Virus record (IMG/VR): IMGVR_UViG_3300032334_001937
Span: 1-64,000 of that record
Strand: one strand, 5' to 3'
From: a virus
Length of the DNA stretch: 64,000 nt
The translations under genes were made by a program, and so were the position numbers. Below the pieces are notes generated by a model that did no database searches, was not told where the DNA came from, and saw only the letters and a list, made by a program, of their open reading frames with translations. Each line of letters starts with the position of its first letter. The first letter of the stretch is position 1. Positions 44,701 to 55,520 of this stretch are shown piece after piece.

Positions 44701-46758
44701 TTAGAATCTTGTATCTCTGAAGTACGGTGGTACAAAGTAAGGAGGTGTAACAAAGTCTGGAGGTACAACAAAGTATGGTGGCACAAAGTACGGTGGTACA
44801 AAGTAAGGGAAGTACGGACCGAAGCTTGGTGGGAAGAACGGGAAGAACGGTGTAACTGCACTACCGCAGCAACTCCATCCATTTGGAACATCAGTATATA
44901 TGTCAGATCCTCCAAGGCGTGTAAGTCCAAGTTCAGAGCATGTAGCATTTGTAGGATTTGTAATTGTTCCTGGGCAAGGGTTTGGTGTAGTAAAAGTTGG
45001 TGGAATTACAAATGTTGGCGGAATAACAAAAGTTGGTGGTGTTGAACCAAATGTTGGCGGAGTTGCTGGAATATAAGAAGTAATGGTTCCTGATGAATAT
45101 TGGCTTCCAGCTCCATATTGATTAGTTCCTTTAGCATAACCAATAAAAATATATGGTGGTGGTGTTGCATCATTTGTAGTTACTGTATAAGAAAGAGTAT
45201 TTGATGCTCCTGAACTTACTGCCTTTAAAACAGTATAAGTTCCCATAGTTGTTCCAGCGTAAATAGAAAGATCGTATGTTGTTACTGGACCTCCAAAATA
45301 TTCTGTAGCTGTCAAAGTAATTGCTGATCCTGCTGCACCAGTTCCACTAAGCACTGGAACCATTATAGGAAGTGAAGGTGGTGCATATTCATAATCATCA
45401 GCATAATATGTGGCTGACCAACCATATGAATTGTATGCAGTAATTTTATAAGTAGCAATATCTCCAGCTACATATGATGGAGACCAAGAGTCTGTTGTTG
45501 AACTTGTAGTATGAGTTACACTAGATTTATATGCCATGCTTTCATTGTATAAAGTCCACTCATATTTATATTGAGTTGGAGAATTTCCCCAGGATCCAGC
45601 ATAGGCAGTTAATGTTCCACCAGAATTTGTAATTTCTTCTTTTGTGCCTGTTGTGTATGGACGCAAATAACTAACTGGAGTTACCCCAACAGTATAAAAA
45701 TCAAAAGAATAAGAGGGAACTGTTTGTGAGGACATTGTGCTTGATTTAGTATCTGATCCTCCTGATAAACCACTTGTTGTATTATATGGTGTAACTGTTA
45801 CGCTTATTGTGTCTCCTGTATTTACTGAGCCTAAAGATATAGAAGTTCCTGTAGTTGTTGTATTTTGAGCTGTTCCACCATTAATAGAATAACTAATTTT
45901 ATATTGGTTTGCATTTGTTGAAGCGCTCCATTGAACTAAAAATGATCCACCAGTTCCAGCATACCCATATACACTTGCGTGTCCAGTTACATAAACTGTA
46001 CTTGAATAATCAATACTTGCAGTAACAGATCCAGCACTTGTATAAGTTTGCGGTGATGTTGGAGAAGTTGTATAATTTAATGTATTACTATCTGCCTCAA
46101 GCAACCATGAAATTACAATTGAAGAAACGTTTGTAAGATTTGACCAAGCCAAAGTAAATGTTCCTGCATTTGCTGACGATGAATATGTGCCTACGTTTGG
46201 AGAAAGCTGACCAGTTCCAGAAGGTATTGGAGTTACGATTAAACCAGTCAGATCTGATGGTGTGCCAATACTAATTGGCAATCCATTACTATCTTCTGTA
46301 GTAGATTCACCATTAATATTTGCTGTTGCTGTTACAGAAAATCTATAATATTGTGTTGTTGCAATAAAATCTGATTCATAAATAGTTAATGTTTTAGTTT
46401 GTCCATTTGATATAGATGCAGAAGTTCCAATGTCTGTCCAATCTACTCCATCAGCTGATATCTGAAAAATATAGGTTTGACTAATTGTTCCTCCACCAGA
46501 ATAAGTCCAGGTTCCGTTTGTTCCAGTCAAAACAAGCCTTTGAATATTTGATACAGTTGTCCAAGGTCCAGCACTGATGGTTGGTACTGTATTAATTTGT
46601 GGACCAGATCCTCCAGACTTTGGCCAAAATGCTCTCCATCCAGAATTTCCTTTTACAAATGCTTTTGTTACAGCATGCCAAGATCCATCAGAACCTTTAA
46701 CAAAAAACTTGGAAACTTTACTCCAAGAACCACCTGCTCCCTTTACAAAATACCCCAT
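44701..46758 (-). CDS. Tail fibre / accessory tail protein with FN3/Ig-like domains and C-terminal Pro-aromatic repeats
   Basis: N-terminal FVKG..G.W repeats; GTWT..Y.FQ and GSWGNSPTQYKYEW Ig-like motifs; PPTF/PPYF repeats. Confidence 0.75.
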   Translation of the reverse strand: MGYFVKGAGGSWSKVSKFFVKGSDGSWHAVTKAFVKGNSGWRAFWPKSGGSGPQINTVPTISAGPWTTVSNIQRLVLTGTNGTWTYSGGGTISQTYIFQISADGVDWTDIGTSASISNGQTKTLTIYESDFIATTQYYRFSVTATANINGESTTEDSNGLPISIGTPSDLTGLIVTPIPSGTGQLSPNVGTYSSSANAGTFTLAWSNLTNVSSIVISWLLEADSNTLNYTTSPTSPQTYTSAGSVTASIDYSSTVYVTGHASVYGYAGTGGSFLVQWSASTNANQYKISYSINGGTAQNTTTTGTSISLGSVNTGDTISVTVTPYNTTSGLSGGSDTKSSTMSSQTVPSYSFDFYTVGVTPVSYLRPYTTGTKEEITNSGGTLTAYAGSWGNSPTQYKYEWTLYNESMAYKSSVTHTTSSTTDSWSPSYVAGDIATYKITAYNSYGWSATYYADDYEYAPPSLPIMVPVLSGTGAAGSAITLTATEYFGGPVTTYDLSIYAGTTMGTYTVLKAVSSGASNTLSYTVTTNDATPPPYIFIGYAKGTNQYGAGSQYSSGTITSYIPATPPTFGSTPPTFVIPPTFVIPPTFTTPNPCPGTITNPTNATCSELGLTRLGGSDIYTDVPNGWSCCGSAVTPFFPFFPPSFGPYFPYFVPPYFVPPYFVVPPDFVTPPYFVPPYFRDTRF
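44720..45060 (-). repeat. PP(T/Y/F)F peptide repeats, including a 23-bp exact duplication (44720-44742 and 44786-44808)
   Basis: Seen directly in the sequence. Confidence 0.85.
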
Positions 46759-49700
46759 TTAGTACACCACAAATAGATCCCCAATAACACCAGTATTACT
46801 TGTTGGTGTTCCAGTACCGATAGGGTCAGTAGTTCTTCCATAATAAACCGCCATACCTCTTAAAAGTTCTCCAGTGTATTCACTTTGAACAACTGTTCTC
46901 TGTCTTCCATAAGGACCAAGTGGAGATAAGTCTTCTCCTCCAGATTCTATTCTTCCATCACCAAGTCTATAGTTAGTTGATGGATTTTTTCTATATGCAA
47001 TATCTGCATTACCTTGAAAGTTAATTCCATAAATTTGTACGCCAGTACTAGATAAAATAATTGTAGATGCAGAATCATATGGAGAATCGTTTTGATCTGC
47101 AAGAGTTGATGCTTGTAGTTTAACGCTACCATTATTGACTGTAATTGCACCTACTGCATCATTTGGTCCTGATGTAATAATAATTCCTGGTTTATTTCCA
47201 GTTATTGGCTCTAGGCTAATAGCAACACTTTCAGACGCTTTAATTTGAATACCTGTAGATGTTGCAGACAAGAAAGGTTTTGTTTCTGAACCAGTATAAG
47301 TTCCAGTAAATATTCCAATACCACTCTTTGTTGCCTCATATCTATCTTTAAACCCTGATCCTGCTGAAAGATAAGGTGCATTTGTTGGACCAGAAGATGC
47401 TATCTCTTTGCCTGTTGACCAAGGCTCCGTTGCACTTGGAGCTGTTAAATAAATGTTTCCATTTCTTGGAACTAAATAAGAAACAGCACTATTACCTGCA
47501 GTAGAAAGAGACATGTATCCATGCTCTCCATTCATACTCATTGTTCCTAATGCTCCTACGCTTGATACGGTACCTGCAATAGTTGCATTAGTTGCGTATA
47601 GTGCTCCACCTAAAGTTACTCTAAATGGGTTTGATGTAGAGGTTGGTCCATAAGTACCCGCCCAAAATACGTTATCTGTTGTTGAATTTCCTGGACTATT
47701 AATACCAGCCTTTGAATCAGAAACCAGTGGGTGAGACACTGCGATAAAGCCATTGGTTGAGTCAATTTCAATATTACCTTTACCAGAAATTGAAGTCTTA
47801 TAAATCCTATTACTATCAACTGTCCAACCGCCTATATCAGCAGCGTTTGTAGTAAAGATGGCACCATTGGCCAAAGGAGTTGTCAACATGGCTGTATAGC
47901 CACCTGAAGCGTTGTGGGCTGCTATTCCTGATGAGTTAAAGACAGTCCTTATACCGCTGCTTACTGTACCTCCAGATCCAAGGGCATATAATGATCCACC
48001 ATTTAGTTTGACATTTCCAGTAAATTCACCACCAGTTGCATATAGTGTTCCAGTTAGTGTTGCACCTGTAGCAGTTAGTGTTCCATCATTTTTAACTGCA
48101 AATAATCCACCAGCACTAATTAGGTTGCTAGAAGGATCACCATTACCTATGATGGTAATTTCTCTTGCTGTTACTTCACCTGTTGGAGTTACTGTAAATT
48201 TTGCAGATGAGTTACCACCGCTTGTAGAACTTCCTGCCCAAAACGAATATGTGCCAGATGCTGAAAGTCCTGTATATTTTGTTGGTGGTCCTGATAAATC
48301 ATTTTCAATTTTATATTCAGAAATTTTCCAGTCAGCTATCTGTGCTTGCTTTGTAATAAATGTTGGTGTTCCAGCTGATGCATCTGAAACAATCTGTGTT
48401 GATGGTGAAGTATTGGTTGCGTCATATGCAAAAATACCAGAGCTTTTAAATATAGTTCTTTTTCCTGATGTTGCACTATTACCTGCGTAAATAACTCCAT
48501 TAGCACCAAATGTAATTGGACTTTCAAAAGATGTAATCTGTGCTGGGTCAAGTGGTGTTGTTGTTCCTTCTGCAGAATAATTTGATGTGTTACCAAAGTC
48601 ATCATAATATCTAATTTTAATATATACAGTTGTGTAGTCAGTATCTGTAATAACTGCAGGACTTAATCCAGCATAAACTACATAGGTATCGTCTGTTGGG
48701 TCTCCAGACCAAGCTGTATGCTTTGCATATACCTCTGCAAAAACAGCACCTGTTGGCAATGTAAAGTTAACTGAATAAGCATTAGATAAAGGAACTGTTG
48801 TAAATGTTGGAGTAACCCCTGAGAGCGGATTTGATCTTGCTGCTACGTTAAATGAAACTCCAGAAGACTTATTGTCATTTATATCAATACTTTTTAATAG
48901 TCCAGAGAAAGAACTGTAGTGCTCTCCAAATTGATCAAATAAATCTTTTTTGGTGATGATTGTTGTCTGGCTTGTTCCACCTCCAGTTGGGAAGCGATAA
49001 AAATATCCTACTAAGTTATTTGGTGCAGTTAATTGTATCTGAACTCTTACCGCAGCATCTGAAGATGGAAGTGTGTAAGCAACCACAACATCGTCATTTA
49101 CCCAAGATCCAGATACTGAAGCAACTTCACTTGGTGGTGTATTGTCAACTGATACTGGACTGGTTGGAGTAACAGCAGCAGCTGTAGAATAGGCTGTTGT
49201 TAGTCCACCATCTGAAGTAAATCTTGCTTTTACCCAACGCTTATTAAAGTTATGGGCAATAATATTAGCTGGATTAACTGTTCCTAAATAAGCTCTTGAA
49301 TATGTTACACCTGTTGGTTCTGTAGAGCTTGTTGATTCGTACTCAACAATTTCAATTGAGTTATAGGCACTTTGGGTTGGAGTAGTGTATGCAACACTAT
49401 ACCCTGCATTAATTGCCGTTACAGTAATTACTGGAACTGGTAAATCTAAAACATAAGTCGGAATAGTTCCAGCACATATTGTTTGGCTAATATTATTTAG
49501 GGGATCTGCAACAAGAACACATATTCCTGTTATTGCTGCTCTAAATATTCCAAATGTTTGAACATTTAATGTTTTTGTTAGGGTAACGGTTTGTGCTGTT
49601 TGTGTTTTATTTGCAGGGAATGTATTAAGAGCTGTGCGTTTTGTAATGCCATCTGCCGTTAATTCAAGAATAAATTGAGAAACTGTGCTATTAAGTTTGT

Positions 49701-50073
49701 TGGTGTAGTCCCAATTAAACTGTACAACTAAATCTTCTCCAACCCAACTAGCGGTTACATTGGTTGGGTCTGTTGGAATAATTACTACTGGGCCTTGTCC
49801 AGGATAAATAGATTCGGGCATTCCGTTAATTGGTGGAAGGTATGTATCTTTTGTATTATCTTTACTCTTACTTACATTTGATCCTGATTGATTCCCTGGA
49901 GTTGTTCCGCCAGCAACTAAAGATTTTCCATCAAGACCAACAATATCAATTTCTGCACCTTGACGTGATTTTGTTTGATTTATTTTATCCCAAGCAACTC
50001 TTGGATCATCTGCACTGATTGGGACTGTTGGATTCTTTGCAACAGATTTGCTACTTTGATATTTTGATTTCAC
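46759..50073 (-). CDS. Minor tail protein / tail fibre
   Basis: FN3-like N-terminal half; IGGW/IADW and F.V...G.L.A beta-repeats typical of tail fibres. Confidence 0.8.
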   Translation of the reverse strand: MKSKYQSSKSVAKNPTVPISADDPRVAWDKINQTKSRQGAEIDIVGLDGKSLVAGGTTPGNQSGSNVSKSKDNTKDTYLPPINGMPESIYPGQGPVVIIPTDPTNVTASWVGEDLVVQFNWDYTNKLNSTVSQFILELTADGITKRTALNTFPANKTQTAQTVTLTKTLNVQTFGIFRAAITGICVLVADPLNNISQTICAGTIPTYVLDLPVPVITVTAINAGYSVAYTTPTQSAYNSIEIVEYESTSSTEPTGVTYSRAYLGTVNPANIIAHNFNKRWVKARFTSDGGLTTAYSTAAAVTPTSPVSVDNTPPSEVASVSGSWVNDDVVVAYTLPSSDAAVRVQIQLTAPNNLVGYFYRFPTGGGTSQTTIITKKDLFDQFGEHYSSFSGLLKSIDINDNKSSGVSFNVAARSNPLSGVTPTFTTVPLSNAYSVNFTLPTGAVFAEVYAKHTAWSGDPTDDTYVVYAGLSPAVITDTDYTTVYIKIRYYDDFGNTSNYSAEGTTTPLDPAQITSFESPITFGANGVIYAGNSATSGKRTIFKSSGIFAYDATNTSPSTQIVSDASAGTPTFITKQAQIADWKISEYKIENDLSGPPTKYTGLSASGTYSFWAGSSTSGGNSSAKFTVTPTGEVTAREITIIGNGDPSSNLISAGGLFAVKNDGTLTATGATLTGTLYATGGEFTGNVKLNGGSLYALGSGGTVSSGIRTVFNSSGIAAHNASGGYTAMLTTPLANGAIFTTNAADIGGWTVDSNRIYKTSISGKGNIEIDSTNGFIAVSHPLVSDSKAGINSPGNSTTDNVFWAGTYGPTSTSNPFRVTLGGALYATNATIAGTVSSVGALGTMSMNGEHGYMSLSTAGNSAVSYLVPRNGNIYLTAPSATEPWSTGKEIASSGPTNAPYLSAGSGFKDRYEATKSGIGIFTGTYTGSETKPFLSATSTGIQIKASESVAISLEPITGNKPGIIITSGPNDAVGAITVNNGSVKLQASTLADQNDSPYDSASTIILSSTGVQIYGINFQGNADIAYRKNPSTNYRLGDGRIESGGEDLSPLGPYGRQRTVVQSEYTGELLRGMAVYYGRTTDPIGTGTPTSNTGVIGDLFVVY

Positions 50074-50086
50074 TGTAGCGCCTTAA

Positions 50087-50593
50087 TTATTTTGGACCTA
50101 TTGCTTGCCAATTTAAATAACAGTGACCGCTTAAAGCAGATACTGGTAAAGCATCTCCTCTATTTATCCTATAACTAAACTTATCTCTTGTAACATTATA
50201 AACATTAACAACAATATTGTGATCTGTACTAACAACACTTGTAAATCCAAACTGAATAGTTGCAGTAACAATTGGAATTGAGCTAAAAGCTGTTGCCCCA
50301 GTTGCTTCATCTCCGTAATCAATATCACCGTAATATATGTTTGCAGTACTTAATGAAGCATTATCACCAGAAAAATCTATGCGAGTTCTTCCATAAAGAA
50401 TCTTTTCGGAGCCAGGGTTGTACTCATGACCAACTGCATCTTCTGTGTTCCAGTTAGGAGTACCCGTTCCAACAACCCCAAAATTATTTGTAATAGTATT
50501 AATACTGTCGCTGTGCTGATTAACAACATTAATAAGTTGATGCCAAGCAGCAAGGTCAATAATATTTGGATCTGATATTTTTACATATGGCAT
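50087..50593 (-). CDS. Minor tail protein
   Basis: FSSIPIVTAT...LNWQAIG (H-lectin / gp53-like C-terminus). Confidence 0.7.
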   Translation of the reverse strand: MPYVKISDPNIIDLAAWHQLINVVNQHSDSINTITNNFGVVGTGTPNWNTEDAVGHEYNPGSEKILYGRTRIDFSGDNASLSTANIYYGDIDYGDEATGATAFSSIPIVTATIQFGFTSVVSTDHNIVVNVYNVTRDKFSYRINRGDALPVSALSGHCYLNWQAIGPK

Positions 50594-50628
50594 TCTGTTC
50601 TCCTATTTTATTAATTATACCACAGGGC

Positions 50629-53600
50629 CTAGTAGATCCTGTTAAGTGTTAACTGTGTGTCAAGTCCTTGATCAAAAGTATGATTAACTGAGCTTACAAT
50701 ATATTTTTGATTAGATATTCCATTTAGTGAGTATGTCAGGGTTACTACATCTCCCACTTGAATTAGTGGATTGCCAAATACATTTAGCGATACCGTTTTT
50801 GAAAAACCTTCAATGCCCATAGATATAACCTTGAGCATTCTTTGTCCTGCCTGCTTTGACTGAATCCATTCTGAATCTAGTTGTGCTGTTTCTAGTATGT
50901 TGGCTGGATCAATTACTACCTCTAAAATTTCTGGATCTGAAGGGGCAACAATTTCATGTGTCCAAAGATTAAGATTGATTGTAACTTGATTAAGCTCATC
51001 TGCTTCTTTTCTCAAAAAAACAAGATTAGACGAGTTATTTGCAATTGCCATCTTTGCTCTAAATCCTGTATTAATTGGTGTTGAGTATGACAGTGAGTAT
51101 TCATCAACTAGTTTCTTTTGATATTGTTTTTGATCACTTTGATCGGTTCCTGGGAAATAATACCACATATACTCAATTGGTAAAATGTCAACTGAAACTG
51201 CTGCAGGGGTTGTATATTGAACATCATAATAATTAATACCAGATATCTCTGGTGTTGTTTGCATCATGTATGTTGAGTAATCACCATACAAGTTTTGATG
51301 TTGTACAAGACCATTTAAGAATTCTCTATCTTGATAATAATAGCTTACGCTTCTTTCTTTAAGTGGTTTTTCAGTTGCATGAATTTCTCTAAGCGATGTT
51401 GTGCTTATTGGATTTGGAGAAACATCTCCAGTATACTCATACAGTGCAGGAATTGCTGTTGGAGTAGCGGTAGTCAAAAATCCAAACTTAGTACTATAAC
51501 CAATATTGTCATTAAAGTATGGTTTTTGTCTCATTCCAGTTTTCTTATTTACTTCAGTTGTTTTCCATCCAGATCCTCCTGGATTTGTAACTGTGTTATA
51601 ATCATCTGATTTAGTTTCATTCCAACCAGTAACCTCAATATTATTTATGAATACTGAAAGTATTCTTTTCTCATCTCCTGATGAACCATTTTCTCCATCC
51701 TCTCCATCTGAAAGATAATGAACAACCTTTAGGTTAAATGGGTTATCTGTTGTATAACTATATGTTGCAGGATCTGTGGTTGTATCCTTTTTAATGATTT
51801 TTGAAAAATTATTTACAACGCTATTGCAAATACCTGTTACATCTGCAAAATATTCATTTTCTGATCCATTAAAAATATGCAATAAATATCTATATTTTGG
51901 CGGGTTGTAATAGGCAACTGTCTTAGGGTCAAGTCTATTAAACCTTTGGAGCTCTACATAATATGTTCCGCCAGTGTCTGTCTCACTTGGCATATTAAAA
52001 AATAAACCAGATGCAATTTTAAAGTTGGTATCTGGCATATCAAACTTTACTGAATATGTCTGATAATATTGTTCGGTTTCATTTGTTGGATAAATAATTA
52101 CATATTGATCTGTTAATCCACTAACTTTTATCTTATCAATGCTTGGTAGTGCTGGATCTTGATCATAGTCGTCAACAATTGAGGTGTATCCAGTAGAGCT
52201 ACCAACTGTCCATCCATCTCTATCAATAAGTTTTTCTGATAAACCTTTACTGTCTAAATCAGTAATTCTTGAGTGAGCAGATGGAACTGTTCCAAACATA
52301 CCTCTTTGTACATTTGTTATGTTTCCTAATGTACGAATTAATACATCATAGTCAGAAGATATGGTTGCTTCTCCTCCAGATATATATGCTCCTTCTTGTG
52401 TACCCTCAATTTCAAACCAAGTGCTTGATGCATCAATAATGGTTCCAGATATATTGAATATTTGCGGATTAACTGCAGTAATATTTACTCTGTCTCCAAC
52501 GCTAAAATTATTTGCTGCTGTATAAACAATTGTTCCTCCATTTGAATTTACATCTGTGATTGTGGCATAAGATACCTTTAGCTCAACAGCATATTCTCTA
52601 ATAAAATTATTAATCTCTGCCTGCAACTGTAGATCATTTTTTACTGAAACCTTTTTGCTGGTGCCTGGATTTTCATCATCAATATATGGATCTGTTGATT
52701 TTGAAATTACATACTCTTTGTATAGAACTGAAACAATTTCATTCTCAATAAATGCATATCCATTTGCATCACGATTAAATGTATGAAAAATATTTTGTAG
52801 GTCGTTAACATTCATGCTAAATGAATTACTATCTTTTGCCATATCACTATACAAATAGTTAAATCCAACAGAGTCTATACTTTGTTGTTGCCATACTACG
52901 TCGTTAGACGCTGTATACAAAAATGATGATGAGTCTTTAATTGTAGGGTTTTTTACATTTTGCAAAGATGGAGATTGCTTTACCTTTGGTGACTGATACC
53001 TTAAAGAAACTTTTCCTGGCTTTGCTTTATTTGAAACTGAAAAACCATTCTTCTTAATATCATTATCATTTAATGAGAATGAGGATGTAGTTGTTGTAAG
53101 AATATCCTGTAGGCTTAAAAATTCCATTACTCCATACTCATTAATGTATGCCCCAATTTGATATGCTACAAAAATTTTGTTAAGTGTATCTAAGATTGTT
53201 GAGTCTTTTGAGTTACAGTAAAAATAAGAAATATCCATAGGTAGTGTTTTGCTATTGCAAACTTTATATAATGAATCATAGTTATAATCAGTAAACCCAA
53301 CAAGATCCAAAATGTTTGTAATAATGTCAAATACTGACTTTAAATTAGCAACATAATCTGGAGCTGGAGTAGACTGTAGATATCTAGTAATGTCTAGACA
53401 CTGAATAGATACTGTGTCTATGTCATTTTCGTCCCATGTATCAGAATAGAATACTCCGCCTGGTATATATTTGTTTGTAGAAACAGCATTAGATGGCTTA
53501 GAATATTCAAAAATATTAAATCCAACATAGAGCTTAATATTTTTTCTTAATATGTTTGCAAGAAGTGTTGATGATTGATCACTTTGACTTGAAAAAATGC

Positions 53601-55014
53601 TAACTAGCTGACCATTATTTACTAATGGTATTCCAGAAAGTGTAACGTTGCAAGAATTTGAGTTAACTGAAGATATTGGCAAAGCACTGTTTTGTGTATC
53701 TAGCATTTTTTCTATTGATAAAGATTGCACAAAATCTGAAATATCAACTTCAAGTCTTGGAGATACTTCAATAACCTGCATTCTATTAAGGTCATTGACT
53801 AAATCAAGACTGGTGTAAGAGCTAACTTCAGTTCTTGGAGTAGTAGATTTTTGTTTTACTGTTATTTTACTGAACGATGTTGCGTTACTTATTGTTCCAG
53901 TGCTAGTAAACTTTGGCAAAGTTGATGGTACCCATTTAGTTTTTGTCCACATTGTTCCTGTCCAGTACAGCGTTAAAACTCCAGTAGTAAAGCTTTCTGA
54001 GTTTACTGGGAAAGTTACATCACTATTGTTATCAACTTGGATTAACTGTCCATCCAAATAAATATTGATTATTGGGACTGAAAGTAAAGTATTAAACTTA
54101 ATAACTATTTTATTTGTTAAGATTGACTTTTCATATATACCAGAGATACTTGGAAGATATTCAAGTACAGAGTCAATTGGCTCTGAAACAAAATATTTAT
54201 ATGGAGCAATGTCTGAAGCTACAACACTTTTTAATCCTGGTACTGGGGATGAAGCAAAGAAAAAAGATGGCATATGTACAATTGGGCTAATTGGAGAATA
54301 ATTTACGCCAGAGTAGCCATTGATAATAGATGAGTTAATCTTTCTATAGTTAGCTGGTGGAGTACAGCTTGAGTTACCAGACTGAATGTATGATTCCCCT
54401 GGTCTAAAATGTGTAAAAGCACTATCTGTTGGCCACAAGCTTCCGCTTGTATGATCTGAATAAGATGTTTCAAAAATATGAGGTACAGTAAAATATACAA
54501 CAGGATTAATATCTGTTCCACTTAAAGCATTAACATTAATTGTATATGTAAAAGAAGACATGCCAGAACCTCTTGGGGTTGTGCCAATAGAGGTAATAAT
54601 TTTTGTCCAGCCCAAAGAAGTTGCTTCTTCTTGGCTTGTTCCATATTGATTTATTTCGCTTTCAGCAAAAGCTGTTACCATTACTGGGATTGCATTATTA
54701 GTTTTTACATAAGTAACTATTTTATACGCATGACCTTCATTTACAGAAACAGTATATGCCACTGATCCTTTTCCGTCAGCCATTGTAAATTTTTTAGTTG
54801 TAAAATTTTTCTTTTCTTCATCATTTGAAGCAGTAACAGTTCCAGAAGATAGCGTTGGTGTATACTCAGTTGATCCTGCAGCAACAGTAATATATGGTGG
54901 ATTAAATAAATTATGATTCCACTCAGCAGAAACTACAGGAACTAAACCAATAGAGCCTGAATCTTTAAATATATCGTTGCTTTCGCTTTGAGTTAATGTT
55001 CCCACCTTTAACAT
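50629..55014 (-). CDS. Large minor tail / baseplate hub protein
   Basis: Follows the distal tail gene; C-terminal GNPLIQVGDVV...V.H motif. Confidence 0.8.
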   Translation of the reverse strand: MLKVGTLTQSESNDIFKDSGSIGLVPVVSAEWNHNLFNPPYITVAAGSTEYTPTLSSGTVTASNDEEKKNFTTKKFTMADGKGSVAYTVSVNEGHAYKIVTYVKTNNAIPVMVTAFAESEINQYGTSQEEATSLGWTKIITSIGTTPRGSGMSSFTYTINVNALSGTDINPVVYFTVPHIFETSYSDHTSGSLWPTDSAFTHFRPGESYIQSGNSSCTPPANYRKINSSIINGYSGVNYSPISPIVHMPSFFFASSPVPGLKSVVASDIAPYKYFVSEPIDSVLEYLPSISGIYEKSILTNKIVIKFNTLLSVPIINIYLDGQLIQVDNNSDVTFPVNSESFTTGVLTLYWTGTMWTKTKWVPSTLPKFTSTGTISNATSFSKITVKQKSTTPRTEVSSYTSLDLVNDLNRMQVIEVSPRLEVDISDFVQSLSIEKMLDTQNSALPISSVNSNSCNVTLSGIPLVNNGQLVSIFSSQSDQSSTLLANILRKNIKLYVGFNIFEYSKPSNAVSTNKYIPGGVFYSDTWDENDIDTVSIQCLDITRYLQSTPAPDYVANLKSVFDIITNILDLVGFTDYNYDSLYKVCNSKTLPMDISYFYCNSKDSTILDTLNKIFVAYQIGAYINEYGVMEFLSLQDILTTTTSSFSLNDNDIKKNGFSVSNKAKPGKVSLRYQSPKVKQSPSLQNVKNPTIKDSSSFLYTASNDVVWQQQSIDSVGFNYLYSDMAKDSNSFSMNVNDLQNIFHTFNRDANGYAFIENEIVSVLYKEYVISKSTDPYIDDENPGTSKKVSVKNDLQLQAEINNFIREYAVELKVSYATITDVNSNGGTIVYTAANNFSVGDRVNITAVNPQIFNISGTIIDASSTWFEIEGTQEGAYISGGEATISSDYDVLIRTLGNITNVQRGMFGTVPSAHSRITDLDSKGLSEKLIDRDGWTVGSSTGYTSIVDDYDQDPALPSIDKIKVSGLTDQYVIIYPTNETEQYYQTYSVKFDMPDTNFKIASGLFFNMPSETDTGGTYYVELQRFNRLDPKTVAYYNPPKYRYLLHIFNGSENEYFADVTGICNSVVNNFSKIIKKDTTTDPATYSYTTDNPFNLKVVHYLSDGEDGENGSSGDEKRILSVFINNIEVTGWNETKSDDYNTVTNPGGSGWKTTEVNKKTGMRQKPYFNDNIGYSTKFGFLTTATPTAIPALYEYTGDVSPNPISTTSLREIHATEKPLKERSVSYYYQDREFLNGLVQHQNLYGDYSTYMMQTTPEISGINYYDVQYTTPAAVSVDILPIEYMWYYFPGTDQSDQKQYQKKLVDEYSLSYSTPINTGFRAKMAIANNSSNLVFLRKEADELNQVTINLNLWTHEIVAPSDPEILEVVIDPANILETAQLDSEWIQSKQAGQRMLKVISMGIEGFSKTVSLNVFGNPLIQVGDVVTLTYSLNGISNQKYIVSSVNHTFDQGLDTQLTLNRIY

Positions 55015-55520
55015 TAGATCTCCGTAAACTCAATATTTATATCTACATAATCTGATAAAGATGTTCTCTTTGATAAAGTTTTTGCAAATGTTGTGATAAA
55101 AGCACTGTATGTTCTATATCCAGTTGCATCAGTTATTGTTGCTTCTGTCTGTGCAGTCTTAAAGTTATGCCCTGATTCATTTGGGACTGAACCAGCAGCA
55201 GGATCTGAAGCAAGCTTTGACTCAACAACCTTTAAATATATCGGCACACCAGCATTGGCATTATAAAATGATTCCATCCAGGCAGCACCGTAGTTACCAT
55301 CAGCTGTTTCTGATGATCTTGTTGGCAAGAATGTCCAGGCTGTTGATATTCTATGCTTTTTAGCAATAACATATTTTCTCATAGTACCGTTAGCCATACG
55401 TGTTGTTTGCTCAATTAAATCTACATCTATTTGTATTGGTTGTCTATTATGGTCAGTAAGCTTATACCAGGTTGACCCATTAAGGGAAACCTGTATACCC
55501 GCTTGAATTTTATATGCCAT
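55014..55520 (-). CDS. Distal tail-like protein
   Basis: Directly after the TMP; RMANGTMRKY motif. Confidence 0.75.
   Translation of the reverse strand: MAYKIQAGIQVSLNGSTWYKLTDHNRQPIQIDVDLIEQTTRMANGTMRKYVIAKKHRISTAWTFLPTRSSETADGNYGAAWMESFYNANAGVPIYLKVVESKLASDPAAGSVPNESGHNFKTAQTEATITDATGYRTYSAFITTFAKTLSKRTSLSDYVDINIEFTEI

Noticed and set aside
44701-45060. Diversity-generating retroelement target or CRISPR-like repeats
   Set aside because: The repeats are in-frame coding repeats; no reverse transcriptase or adenine-variant template repeat is visible in the window.
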